From Octopus bimaculoides (lineage: Eukaryota), in contig NC_069002.1 in assembly GCF_001194135.2 (NCBI RefSeq), positions 15,300,978 through 15,364,977 of the forward strand: 64,000 nucleotides of DNA, in the 5' to 3' direction. Position 1 is the first letter of the stretch, and every line of letters starts with the position of its first letter. A program made the translations under genes and the position numbers. Below the pieces are notes generated by a model that was not told the DNA's origin, made no database searches, and saw only the letters and a list, made by a program, of their open reading frames with translations. This document shows, one piece after another, positions 1 to 14,910 of the stretch.

Positions 1-213
1 ATAATAATGATAATGATAATAATGATAATAATAATAATAATAATAATAATGATAATAATAATAATAATAATAATAATGATAATAATAATAATGATGATAA
101 TAATAATGATGATAAAAATAATGATAATAATAATGATGATAATAATAATAATGATAATAATAATGATGATAATAATAATAATGATAATAATAATGATGAT
201 AATAATAATGATG

Positions 214-265
<52 letters not shown>

Positions 266-313
266 TAATAATAATAATGATGATAATAATAATGATAATA
301 ATAATAATAATAA
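1..313. repeat. Compound (AAT/GAT)n microsatellite
   Basis: Read directly; part of it has a 30-nt higher-order period. Confidence 0.97.
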
Positions 314-352
314 ACAACTGTCTCCTCCTCATTAGCACCAACTTTCACTTAC

Positions 353-461
353 CGCCATGCCAAAGAGAATGTATCTGGTCGCAGTCCTTCGCCTTTATAA
401 ACAGTGCCATCAGGAAGAGTTAAATCATTGCTTTTGTCATCATCAAAAGTTCCACATAAGC
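353..461 (-). CDS. Exon 27: VWD2 end, (G)[35 protein letters not shown](R); gene continues left of the window
   Basis: cttacag/gtaagt, 109 nt, phase 1->2; GLCG motif. Confidence 0.92.
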
Positions 462-3400
462 CTGTAAGAAATTGCAATAAATTGTGAGTCATGCATGATA
501 CCATTAATAAACTAAGTGTAATTAATTTCATTAGCATTATCATAAGCCAATGAGGGGCTTCAATGCGATTGCTTGACCAAGAAGAAATAGGAGACAATTC
601 CACCTCCACCAGCTTAAATATGAACACATTGAACTCTGCAGTCATAGATATAATCTGAAAAAGTTGTGGTGGTCATGGCTGGAATAACTCTGATTTTCAG
701 GTTGACGTGGGGTCAAAACAAAAGCAACATCATTATCATGACCACTAGTACAACCGTTATGGTCATCAGTATCATTCTTGAGCTGATGACTCAGTTAGTG
801 AGTTACTTGACACAGCAGGCAAATTTCCCTCACCAGTTATATCCATTTAATTTTTTATAAAATATGTCAGAGCCCATTAAGTAACATAGTTGTAGATAGA
901 CTATGCCAGAATAAAAGATGGAGGAGGCATCATCATCATCATCATTTAAAATCCCCTTCCCATGCTGGTATGTATTAGATGGTTTCACTAGAACTGCAAA
1001 GCTGGAGGGCCACACCAGGTTCCAGTCTGATTTGGCATGGTTTCAACAGCTGGGCGCTCTTCCTAAAGCCAACCACTCCAAGAGTGTAATAAATGCGTTT
1101 TACATTCCACTGGCACAATTGTCATTTAAATGCTACTGGCAACAGCCATGACTACAATTTTACGGGTGCCACCGATATAACACTGACAATTGCCATGACT
1201 ATGATTTAACTTGGTGTGACAAGTCTTCTCAAGCTAAAATTCTGATTCACTTGTCATCACCTCCGTAAGGCCCAACATTCAAAGATCATGCTACTGGCAA
1301 CAGTCACAACTATGATTTCATAAGTGCCATTTACATGACACTGGTAACAGCCATGACTACAATTTCCCTTGGCTTGATGAGTCTTCTCAAGCACAACACA
1401 TCACCAAAGCTCTTGATCGTTTGTTATCACCCCCATGAGGCCCAATATTCGAAGATCATACTACTGGCAACAGCCAGAACGAAAATTTTGCTTGGCTTAT
1501 ATATAGTAAAATAGAGCTTGAAGAAAAACAGGTGAATATCTCAGGGTCTCATGACAATGGTTGGCAGTTGTTTCATCAATTATGTGTACAAACCAATGCA
1601 TAAAGAGGAAACATGAATTGAAACAAAGGACATAACATGCTGTCCTGCCCAAGAATTGAACCCACTACATAATGAGCACCAACATTCTAACCATGGCATA
1701 GCAATGGCTGGAACACATATAATTATAAATCTGTGGGTTGGTGATGAGCAATAATAGTAGCAGCAACAATAAAAGCAAAAAAAAACAAAAAAACTGTTGT
1801 CGTCCTCCTCCTCCTCCTCATGATCATCATCATCATTTAAACATCCGTTTTCCATGCTGGCATGAGTTGGATTGGTTTGACAGAAGCCGACCAGTTGAAA
1901 GGCTGATCAGGTTCCATGTCTGTTTTTGCATTTTTTCTATGGCTAGATGCCCTTCCTAACACCAACCACTTTACAGAGTGTACTGGTGCTTTTATGCAGC
2001 ACTGGCACAGGTGCTTTTTACATGGCACCAGTACTTACAAGCCTGCAAAATTAGGGATGCTCAGTTGGAGAGGGTTGCAGGGGACAAGCCAACCTATTTG
2101 CTTCATGTGTCTTTTCAAGCAAGGGAAGCTGGCAGAAGTCTCGATATCCCTTCTCTGAGTCTTGTCTGTAGATCTTTTTTTTTTACCACTTTGTCTCAAA
2201 TCTTCCTGGGTCTACCCCTTCCACATGTTCCCTCTACAATTACAGATTGGCACCTCTTAATGCAACTGTCCTCATTCATATGCAAATAAATGTTAGAGAC
2301 TTACCTTCAGTTTGACCAAAATCAGCCGCTGATGGCTTTATCCAAATATTAATGAAGTCAGTGATATATGTATTTGATGGTCGGATGATCACCCTTGTTC
2401 CAGTTGGTAAAGTTATCTGCAACATTAAATACAAGTAGAAAGATAAATTTTATTCAATGCAAAGATACTGAACAGTATAGACATAAAGGATAAAATCCTT
2501 TTTTCTTTTTAAAAGTAGAAAAATTTGTCAGCAGCCAGCCACGAGGATCAAACTCACATCCCTCTAATATCCGTTCTGAGAAATCATTTCTATTGATTGT
2601 CTTAGGTGAACTGACAACTCTCAGATGCAATGTCTTTTCCAGACTTTGTTTTTAAAACAACTCTCACTTTAACCAAGAAAAAGAGAAAAAGGAAAACAAT
2701 CAGAAAATATGAATTTTCAAACTTACCACAAATTTTCGGCCTTCATCATGGATGTGAATTTTAAATCCAGGGGTCAAGGTTCCAAACCGATACATCTTAA
2801 ATGTTATTGGTTCATATGTTGAAGTGACCGCGTGGCTTGCATTGCATTTGCTGACAACAAAAACATCATCATTAACTTTGATGGCCACAGCACAGTTACA
2901 TGAAGCATGTCCATTGCATGACCGGTAAAATGCCCTCACCTGTAAGAAAATAGTAAGAATAATATGGTATGTAGTAGGCTAGTAAATGTGCATACTTGGG
3001 TGCACAAATGTATATATGTATACGTTGACATCTTGGGAAAGTTACATCCTAGATTGATCTGCATAGCATAAAATGTGTCATGATGCATCATAATAATTTG
3101 AGTTGAAGAAACAGAACAATAAAAAAATTATATCCAACAATCAACAGATGCAGTTGTCCAATCCCAGACAAAATCAAAACATTAGTGTCTCCATTGTTAC
3201 TTCACAGTCAAATTTACACCTGAACTCAAATTATATTTACACATTCGTCACAAATAAATGCTGCTTCCTTTATTTTTAAACTGTTTTTTTTTTAATACCT
3301 TCCTTCAAAGACTCATACATCAAATTTGACAGGAATGTAATTTTCATAAACTGATATTTTTTCAGCTCATTACGTTGTATATGTTAGCTTCCAATTATTT

Positions 3401-4657
3401 TATTTTCTTAATATATGCTTAATACATGAAGTTAAATTAAATAAGCAGTAAGAAAAAATGTATTTATCACCTATTTAATGTGACAGTAATTAGAAATAAA
3501 CACAGACTCCTTGGATCTTCATGATTCAGAAAAGTATTATTTTTCAAACAACATAATTAAAATTGTTATATTAGTGTTTGGAATTTGTATAGTTTTCCTC
3601 TGAAAATTATTTCTTTTCTCATAATTCCATAAAAAATTAAAAACTATTGAACGTGAATACTTACTTCAAATCGTAGTGTTTTGTGTTTGTACAAAATGTA
3701 TTCTCCTAGATAGAAGTTGTTATAATATCTGAAGAAATGAAAATGTATACATTGAAAAGACATATTACACAAAGTAGCAGAAAACCATAAAGAGGGAGGT
3801 GTTGCTGTTATTTAATATATACATGTATAATTAACTCTTTCTGTTTCTGTAAGAGTCTAATGATTTTGATTGCAAACTTTTCCTGTCTAATTATAATATG
3901 TTTTGTTGTGTATGGGGGTGTAATGTATGTATGTGTTCATGTGTATCATTTGAGCAACAATAAATTTGTTTATGTCTCCTGTAGACAAAATATCCAGGAG
4001 TTCAGTGGTTTTGTGTGTTTTAATATTAGTAGAGTAACAGTCTTGTTTGTGAAACAAATTAAAATATGGCATCAAAAAAGGCATCCAGCTAGAGAATATT
4101 GTCTCAAACAGTCTTGTCCAACCTACACCAGCATAGAAAAAGTGGATATAAAACCAATCATAATGATGTTAGAAATCTGTTTCTGTCTGAATATAAAGTC
4201 TGAATATCAATCTTTTATTTTATTATATTAACAATTAAAGAACTGTATCCTTACCTTCCATCAAATGTTGTCATATGGGGGTCATTCAGTGACATGCACA
4301 CGGCTGGTCTGTCCAAATCAATCACAGAAAACTTAAAAATATAAAAAGAAAGTGTTAACATAAACATGTGTGGAGTTTGGGAGTTTAGCATAGTTTTTGC
4401 TTATAATAATGACACTAGCCAATTATTTTAAATAAAATCTAAACAAATAAAATCAGGCGTGGGTGTGTGGTTAAGAAATTTGCTTCCCACCCACGTGGGT
4501 CTGATTTCAGTCTCACTGTATGGCACTTTGGCCAATGGCCTTCTTTTATAGCCTTTCAACCCTTGAGGAATTTGAATACTGAACATAAAGATGGTCAAAA
4601 TGCTGTTAAGCATCTTGCCAGGTGTGCTAATGATTCTGCCAGTTCACCACTTTAATG

Positions 4658-4713
<56 letters not shown>

Positions 4714-4964
4714 TATCATTATTATTATTATTATTATTATTATCATTACTATTATTATTATTTCAAATTTTTGCCACAAGAGCAGCTTGGGGGAAGTGGA
4801 GATGAGTCGATTATGTGAGTGTTCGACTGGTACTTATTGTATCAACCCTGAAAGGATGAAAGGCAAAGTCGACCTCAGCAGAATTTGAACTCAGAACATC
4901 ACGACAAGCAAAATACCACTAAGCATTTTGTCCAGCAAGCTAATGATTCTGCCAGTTTGCCACC

Positions 4965-5008
<44 letters not shown>

Positions 5009-5450
5009 CCTTTCTCCTAAAGGCACAAGGCCTGAAATTTGTGGAGAGGGGACTTGTCGATTATATCAATCTCAATGTTTCACTGGTACTTAATTTATCG
5101 ACCCAAAAGGATGAAAGGCAAAGTTGACCTCAGCGGAATTTGAACTCAGAACATGAAGACAGGTGAAATACTGCTAAGAATTTTGTCTAGCAAGCTAACA
5201 ATTCTACCAGCTCAGCACCTTAACAATAATAATAATCATCCTTTCTACTAAAGGCACAAGAAGTGAAATTTTGGGGGAGGGGATTGGTTGGTTACATTGA
5301 CCCCAGTGTTCACTAGTACTTAATTTATCGACCCCAAAAGGATGAGCAACAAAGTTGACCATTGCAGAATTTGAACTCAGAATTTAAAGATGGGCAAAAT
5401 GCCGCTATGCATTTTGTCTGGCATGCGAACGATTCTGCCAGCTCATCGCC

Positions 5451-5512
<62 letters not shown>

Positions 5513-8500
5513 CCCTTCTATTAAAGGCACAATGCCTGAAAGTTTGGGGGCAGAGTTAGTTGATTACATCAATCCCAGTGTTTTACAAGTATTTAATTTA
5601 TTGACTCCCTGCAAAGGACAAAAGGAATTTGAACTCAGAGCATAATGGCAGATAAAATACCACTAAACATTTCACCCAACATGCTAACGATTCTGCCAGC
5701 TTGCTGTCTTAATAATAATAATGATGATGATGATGATGATGATGACAACAATAATAATAATAATAAAGTGATTGTAATAGAAAATAAGAACTACAGTATA
5801 TTATGAGACTTTCCCTTAAAAGCTGACCATATTACTGAAGCAATAAGACTAGGTGTGATCATACAGGACAAAATAAACTGTGTAAGACCATAGATTTTGC
5901 AAATCCCTCTGAAGCAGAGTTGATACTAAAGAAACTGAAGAAATTGAGAAATACCAGGATCTAGCCAGAGAGCTGAGGAGAATATGTAGAGTAGGTGTAT
6001 ATACAGAGTAGGTGTATATATAGAGTAGCTCAAGTTAGTCTGGTATCAGGAAATATTGTGGCCATTGATTGCATAATACTTAGTTATGATATGTTTGCTT
6101 CAAGAATCTTGTTTAAATATTTATAACTTCAAACAAGACATCACTTGGCAAAGACTAGATAAAATGTTGAGTGAGATTAGGTTTCTATATTCAACAAGCT
6201 AATTAACAATTTCTCATTAAATTTAAGGCAAATATTTTTATTCATGATAAAGGTATAGTTTCAAAGGCAATGCGTAACGTAGCTAACTGCTAAATAATTC
6301 AGCATTTCTTGCAATACTACAAATAATTTACAGCAAGAGATGTAAATTTGACAATTGTTTCTTATTTCTTTATTGCCCACAAGGGGCTAAACATATAATG
6401 GACAAACAAGGACAAACAAAGGGATTAAATCGATTACATCGACCCCACTGCGTAACTGGTACTTAATTTATCGACCCCGAAAGGATGAAAGGCAAAGTCG
6501 ACCTTGGCGGAGTTTGAACTCAGAACGTAAAAACAGACGAAATACTGCTAAGCATTTCGCCTGGCGTGCTAACCATTCTGCCAGCTCGCTGCCTTGAGAA
6601 TTGTTTCTCTAACTTCCAGTCCGGAATTCAACTTCATTTAAAGGATATAAGATAAGATAGATTATTTGAAGTTGTTGGTTACTTAGTATTTAAGAATGCT
6701 TCTGAAAATAAGTCTTCAGTATTTCTACTTACAACTCAATTGGTGATTCCCCTAAAATCCTTGCTTACCAAAGATATGAAAAGAAATCAAATGTGATCAT
6801 TGTAAGCCTACCTGTTTGGTTACTTCCTTTAGATTTATACTTGATGAACTGCTCTGTTTATAGCTGAAGGTCATTTTGAAATATCCAGGTTTGTTCCCAT
6901 CAATCTTGTTATCAGCGACAGCTTTCAAGTTTAAAACATACACAGAATTCCAGTTGTTAGCTTGAATACTCATCTGGCAAGATGACCTTATAGAGGGAGA
7001 GTCTTTAACATGCCAAGCTAAAACAACTTGTGGTATCTCTACACCGCTTGGACACCTTAGAACAGAGCTGTTTACACCATAATCAAAATCAACTGTTACA
7101 GCCCAAAATTTCATGTCACCACTCAGAACATCAGCACCCAATATCTTTGGTGGCGCTGTGGCTTGGATCATAAAATAGACCCCATCATGACCTTCTTTAA
7201 GAACAATATCATCAGTGAGGTTTGTCACCTTAAAACAAAACAAAAGATCTTTAATTATCAAAACAGGGTTTCAAATATATTGGTTACTACATAATCAGTT
7301 CTTGTAATGGCTTTTCTACAAATGCTCTTCCATTATACATGCATGAAATAAAATTTTGGAATTAACTTTGAACAATCACAAAATTAATATCAGATTAATA
7401 AAATCAATGAAATAAAATATTTTAAAGAGGATTGTAAAATTTAAACACATGTCATTACAAGGAGGTGCTAAAAAGTTCCTGGCTTTAAATGTATCATGAA
7501 AAGGCCTGATTGGAGGCCCAATCTTCTGAGTTCTTTTACAGGACCATTGAAATAATTGTGTGAATCTGAGAGGAGAATATACTGAATGAGAAATGTCAGC
7601 TGCTTTTTTTTTGTTTGTTGTCTTTTTCTTTCCTTCTAATGGGACAGAGAACATCAAAAATGAAGAAAGAAATACAAATAATTCATTAAAGTGTTTTTAT
7701 TTACCTTGACTTCTGCTATGTATTTTTCACTCCAGCTTAAGGTACTACGGGAATCTTCACAATTCTCCTCATAACAGAGACTTACAGCACAGCGAACCTA
7801 TTAAAAAGTAAATAAAAAATAATTACAGTTATTATATTCTGTCACAAACGAAAGGATTTTAATGAAAAATTGCACAATGGAAAAGTAATTAGAATGTTGG
7901 TGATTTCAGTTATTGTGAGTTCTACAGCATCATTATAGGTGAAATCTCTTTATGTAAACCTTTTTTTTTATCAAAAAGAAGGTTCTGAATATTAGAAAAA
8001 GGCACCATCCATCATAGAAATGAGCAAATTTAGTAGACTTGAACATAATAGGAAAAGAGGAGATGATTCACTTGTTACATATGTAACAGATATGTGAAGA
8101 ATGGACTGTGAAGTTACAAAATTCACTTCATAACCATTTCTGGTTCCATTTCACTGCATGACACAAGGAACAAATGTTTGAGACAAACCTCCCTCCCTCC
8201 CTCCCTCCCTCTCTCTCTGTCTCTCTGTGACCGCATGCCANNNNNNNNNNNNNNNNNNNNNNNNNNNNNNNNNNNNNNNNNNNNNNNNNNNNNNNNNNNN
8301 NNNNNNNNNNNNNNNNNNNNNNNNNNNNNNNNNNNNNNNNNNNNNNNNNNNNNNNNNNNNNNNNNNNNNNNNNNNNNNNNNNNNNNNNNNNNNNNNNNNN
8401 NNNNNNNNNNNNNNNNNNNNNNNNNNNNNNNNNNNNNNNNNNNNNNNNNNNNNNNNNNNNNNNNNNNNNNNNNNNNNNNNNNNNNNNNNNNNNNNNNNNN

Positions 8501-9579
8501 NNNNNNNNNNNAGGATCACGGTTTCGATTCCCAGACCGGGAGTTGTGAGTGTTTATTGAGCAAAAACACCTAAAAGCTCCACGAGGCTCTGGCAGGGGAT
8601 GGTGGCGAACCCTGCTGTACTCTTTCACCACAACTTTCTCTCACTCTTTCTTCCTGTTTCTCTTGTACCTGTAATTCAAAGGGCCAGCCTTGTCACACTG
8701 TGTCATGCTGAATATCCCTGAGAACTACGTTAAGGGTACACGTGTCTGTGGAGTGCTCAGCCACTTGCACGTTAATTTCACGAGCAGGCTGTTCCGTTGA
8801 TCGGATCAACTGGAACCCTCGACGTCGTAAGCAACGGAGTGCCAACAACAACAACAATTGTCTGTCTTCTGTAAATATGTCATGCAGCTCAACCAACATC
8901 TTCACTTGGATAAAAAAAAATATCTAAAAACAAAGTAAAAGCTGGCAATACACAGATATTCAGTCGTAGAACACTGACTCAATAAGACTCATCCAATTAA
9001 TACCAGCATGGAAGATGCAGATGTGAAAATGGTGGTGGTGTTTAATAAGAGTATATTTGTAAGACAAGTATTTAGGGGACTGTGGTTTCAATACTCATGA
9101 ACTTCACTCCTTTCTAGATAACTTAAGAGTCATTTTGTTGTGGGGCAAATTTCACAAAATATCAAACATTACAGAAAGTTCTATAAGGAACAAATTGAAT
9201 AATTCAACTCAGTTTCACCAAGGTGAGTGGATCTTCTTGAGAACTGCACTTGTCAGTAATTCCAGTCCTTCGTTATCTCTTCAATGAGGCTGAAGGTCTT
9301 GAAATCATCCATCATCATCATGTCTCACATCTTCCTGGATCCCCTTGCACAAGTCCCATTCACATTTATACAGCTATCCTCATCCATGCACATGTCTATA
9401 CCAATGCAATTTTTTTCTTGCACACTACAGTTCATTCCTTTTATGCATAGATTTTCTTTCACTTTTGCAATATGTATTTCATCTATATTTACACTGCGCT
9501 TTCGATGGAGCATACTTCATTTCTTTCCAGTCTTCCCAAAAAATGAAATGAAGTGCTCTGTTTGAGGTTCATATAAGTG

Positions 9580-9614
<35 letters not shown>

Positions 9615-9954
9615 TCATATAATGATATCTACCAAATGTATTGGTAAGATAAAACATGCAATCGTTACCAAAATAGCAAAAAACTGTCCACAAAGTTCTA
9701 TAATAAATTCCTTATGAATTGATCTCCTTGGTTATATATCAAAATTTAAAATTTAAAATTTTGGATGTAGATCAGCCTTAGAGATTATAAATTTTTTTTT
9801 GGTGTTTACTTTTTACTTTTACCCTGAAGATGTGTAAGGTAATTTATTTAACTCGAATTAAGAGTTGAATTTGACCTTATACAGAAATGTTGACATAAGT
9901 AATAAACTTTAATGCAAATGGATATTAGCGTCAAAGCTCTTATTTAAATTTTAA

Positions 9955-9994
<40 letters not shown>

Positions 9995-12900
9995 TCAGCA
10001 AATCATGAATCCGAAAGTGAAGCACACTAAGTTATAGAGTAGTAAAGTATTTAGAAAATGTTAGTTCATGGGGTTACCCAAGCTTTCACATCCATGAAGC
10101 ATTTAGCTTTACACAGATCTCGTTAGACCCTATAACCTCTCTTCAAATTAGAGGGAGAAAATGCCTCATGGCTAGTTTTCTTCCTCCAATTGGAAGAGAG
10201 GTTGTAGGCCACCAGCCATTAGTGTCTGACAAGATGTGTGTAAAGCTAAGTGTTTTATGGACACAAAACTAACATTTTCTAAATATACTACATACATATA
10301 TAAGTGTATGTATGTATGTATGTATGTATGTAGGTAGGTAGATAGGTAGGTAGGTAGGTAGGTATATGCATACACACACACACACAACAACAACAACAAC
10401 AACAACAACAGACATTAACACAATTTTGTCTACCGAATTCCATTCCTAAGATATTGATCAACTTGAAGCTATGGCTGAAGACACTTTGCCAAAATACCAC
10501 ACAAGAGAATGTTAAGCCAAGGACAATAGGGTTACAAAGGGAACCTTTTTACCAAAAAAGTGTGCCTGCCATTCATTTAGATGTCATAATTATTCTAAGA
10601 ATATTTACATTATCAAGCCATTAATATCTATGGCCAAAAGCCAAAGACTTTTGTTGAGTATTGATTCAAGATTACTGAGGTCAAGTGTTGCTTTTGATGT
10701 AGCCTAAGTCCAGCCCTGCTTGTACTGATCAGATTGAGCAGACTTATAACCAAAGGCATTCTGGCCATCAGCTCACCATCTTTTTGCATATCCCTTTTTA
10801 CTCCCTGAAATTAGATTGACTCCAGTACACAACTGGTACTTAATTTATTGACCCCGAAAGGATGAAAGGCAAAGTTGACCTCGGCAGAATTTGAACTCAG
10901 AATGTAAAGACAGACGAAATACTGCCAAGCATTTTGCCCAGCATGCTAATGTTTCTGCCAGCTCACCACTTTCATCTTTTTGTATATCAAGAATAACTAC
11001 ATTTGACATACTCTTTATTAAGATGGGAGCAGATGAAATGAAGGAGATTAAGTAGTTATTTTTAGCAAGTACAGCAATAACATAGAAACTTCAAACAAGT
11101 GACAATTGCTAGTGTATATAATTATTGTGAGTTTTTGACAATAAGAGAAATTATATGTATAATGAATATATATTTTTGTATTGAATGTTTTACTTATGTC
11201 ATATGATTTCAGATAACATAAAATTTAAAATATCATATAATTTTTTTGTGTGTTGCATATCTGATTTAAATCGTTACCACATAATATCATAAAAATTCTA
11301 GTAACTTACCTTGGAACCATATTTCAATTTGTTGACATATTCTTTAGGTAATATGTTTGAGCTGACTTGTTGTGGTACCTCAAGATTATCAAACTCCCAG
11401 ATGTAATCCACTTTTATCATATTTGAAGGATCTTGTTGTAGAGAAGATTCATTGAAGTGGCATGTGAGGGTGTCATTAGTAGAATTAAATGATGGCATTA
11501 TTTTCACTTCTTCAGCTTGTGGTGGAACATCCTTCTTGGGGCTTAGGTCAGCTAAGATGAAAAGAGAACAACTTTACAATATAATCTGTCAAAGAATGAC
11601 TTCAACCGAACTCCATAAATCAACACAAATTACTGAGTTAAAGTGTTGATATTCTTTTATAACAGTAAAATGTCTTTGCAGCATAATGAATGGCACCAGT
11701 TACTGAAGCTTGTAACTCTAGCCATTGAAGAGAAACAGCAGAGAGAATAACAAAGAGCAGATGAGAGTGTCACTTCTCCATTGCATCAAGTAACTTTACC
11801 TGCAGCAGATGTCATCACTTTTGCAGATCAAGAGTAGACTTTGTAATACACATGCAAACCTGCCAGAGATTGTTACTAAACAAGAACCATTAGAGCTGAC
11901 TTAAAACAGACAGCCAAAGAAGAATATTCAGTAGACAAGATTAATGAGTGAGGAATGCCTTACTCATGTAGAAAGAGTATCATCATGACAATTTACAGAC
12001 TGTTTGACCTCTCTTAGCTAGAAACCTATTAACTTATAGCAAATTTGCAGCATCCATGAGCTCTTGACATGGAGAGAAAAAATAAGGTTTCTAAAATTTT
12101 ACTCCATGTTCATGGGAGCTGTCACTGAAAGTTGATATAAAATTATTTATATTGCAATACACTTTCTACTTATACACAATACTGAAACCTGTTCACAACT
12201 AGATGAACTGAACTTTAAAAATTTGAAACAAGCAGGCTGTTCCGTTGATTGGATCAACTGGAACCCTCAACGTCGTAAGTGACAGAGTGCCAACAACAAC
12301 AATCTATACTAAAATGTTAGAGATTAATTAAAAATATTTTAGTTCTTCACTTGATGTTTTTTCTGACATGGCACCAACATTTATATCATTAAATGTGTAG
12401 TAATTACTTTATTATGACAAATGGGGCTTAAAAAATATACAAAAAAAAAAAAACTAAAACAAAAACAACAAATTGTTTCTGTAATCATCAATAAGACATA
12501 AAAAAATCTTCGAACAGTTCTGCCTCCAAAAACAAAAAGACATTTACCGATCTCTAAACTAAACAATAAATATCAATGGATAGATAACATTTCCAGTTAT
12601 TTATTTGTATTTCTAACTTTCCATTTCAACTTACCATTTCCACATTTCAGTGTATAAGTATTCCAGCCAATTGCATGCATCATTTTTACATCAGTTTTGT
12701 TATAGAGAAGACAGAGGTGGCGTTTAGCATTGAATGTAGCGTATTGGCATTGGTTTTTACAATAGAACATACACTGGTTAGATGTCCAAACGTTATTGAT
12801 CTTCAAATTAGAGGAGCCAACAACAGCCATAGACATTTGAGCTTCAAACATCCTCTTCTTTAACTTACAAAAATCTGTAAAATAATAAAAGTCCAGTGAG

Positions 12901-14864
12901 GGAAAAGAGAAGAAAACAAAGAAAATGTCTACTAATTTGTATAAATAAATGAAATGACAAAGCAACATTAGCTGGATGGGTGTCTCTGGTCCGCTTATTA
13001 CAAATTCTTGTTTTTCATGAGTTGCATGTAAAACAGTGGAAATGATACCAGAAACGAACTCTTAACTGACAGTGATGCTTTATTCTTCCACTAAATAAAA
13101 TTATACAGCGAACCAGATTAATACATCACAAAGACTGCTGTCTGTAGAAAATCATACATAGTTGGCTTTTCAATTCAATAAAACTTGGTAACATATGCTT
13201 CAACAGGAACAACAATAACGTGGCATAACATCCTGAAAACAATCCTCCTCTCTGGATTAAAATGAAGCACATCGTGATATTTATTAACAATAAGAGGGTC
13301 TGGCTAGCATTTAGAATTTGCTGGTTTTGGTGGTCTATTGTGCAATGTGTTTGAATATAAGCTCTGTATCCCACGTAAAACTAGACCAGTCCAAATGTCG
13401 AACACATCCAAGTATTTCGACAGCACATGACCAATCATCAGAAACTGACGCATGAAAACTCTATGGATTACTTAAGTCTAAAACATATGAAATTAGTCCT
13501 GCTACACACGCTTTTACGGTATTTACTCTTTTACTTCTTTCAGTCATTTGACTGCAGCCATGCTGGAGCACCGCCTTTAGTTGAGCAAATCGACCCCAGG
13601 ACTTATTCTTTGTAAGCCTAGTACTTATTCTATCAGTCTCTTTTGCTGAACCACTAAGTGACGGGGACGCAAACATACCAGCATCGGTTGTCAAGCGACG
13701 TTGGGGGGACAAACACACACACAAACACAAACACACACACATACACATATATATACATATATACGATGGGCTTCTTTCAGTTTCCGTCTACCAAATCCAC
13801 TCACAAGGCTTTGGTCAGCCCGAGGCTATAGTAGAAGACACTTGCCCAAGGTGCCACGCAGTGGGACTGAACCCGAACCATGTGGTTGGTAAGCAAGCTA
13901 CTTACCACACAGCCACTCCTGTGCTTATTTATGGAGAAAAAGCTATTCTTAATCTGTTAGGACCCTTGACTCTGGTTTCGGCAAGTTAAACAACAGATAG
14001 CTTGTGAGAAATGAAAAAAAAATTGATAAATTTATTGAAAACAGCAATAACCACTAGTCGTTGCCATTTAGAATATACTAGCAGAGATACCCAGTCTTTT
14101 AAAATTTTTTTACTTGTTTCAGTCATGAGACTTCGGCCATGCTGGAGCACCACCTTTAGTCGAAGAAATCGACACCAAGATTTATTCTTTGTAAGCCTAG
14201 TACTTATTCTATATAGTTCTTATTTCTTTATTGCCCACAAGGGGCTAAACATAGAGGGGACAAACAAGGACAGACAAAGGGATTTAGTCGATCACATCGA
14301 CCCCTGTACGTTACTGGTACTTCTCGTACTTATTCTATATATTTCTATCCATATCTCCCTCCTTTTCTTCCTTCCTTTCTTTCAGTTCGTTTTTACATCA
14401 TTCTCCCTTTCCTTCCTTTGGTTATTTCTTTGTTTAATTCTTCTCTTTCTAAAGATTTACTCCTTTATATCTTGCTTTCTCTCTTCTCTTTTTTCATTTC
14501 TTCCTTTTTCATCCTGTATTTTATTGTATATCAATAGAAAGGCTCATAATTTGACAGACATCTTCATGGAAGTAGACGGTACCCTTGGTGGTAACACCTC
14601 TGAAAATTCTTAGAGGTAGTCTTTAGCTTTATCTTCTGTCCTTTAGCTACAGCATTTTTACATACATATTCATGTACAAATATTATATATATTATATTTA
14701 TAGGCGTAGGAGTGGCTGTGTGGTAAGTAGCTTGCGTACCAACCACATAGTTCCGGGTTCAGTCCCACTGCATGGCATCTTGGGCAAGTGTCTTCTACTA
14801 TAGCCTCGGGCCGACCAAAGCCTTGCGAGTGGATTGGGTAGACAGAAACTGAAAGAAGCCCGTC

Positions 14865-14910
<46 letters not shown>

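Noticed and set aside
7-423. 138-aa poly-Ile/Met ORF, and similar ORFs at 4655-4888 and across N gaps
   Set aside because: Microsatellite or N-run translations with no coding signal.
12875-12968. Hydrophobic N-terminal extension of the PAN2 ORF that looks like a signal peptide for a separate gene
   Set aside because: It is the polypyrimidine tract of a strong acceptor, and the upstream PAN1 exon joins in phase.
13126-13480. Non-repetitive stretch with a ttttag acceptor between the PAN exons
   Set aside because: All frames hit stops early (DLSNP*); no domain recognised.
14011-14613. 200-aa hydrophobic plus-strand ORF
   Set aside because: Made of SINE fragments and a T/C-rich low-complexity tract; no recognisable domain.
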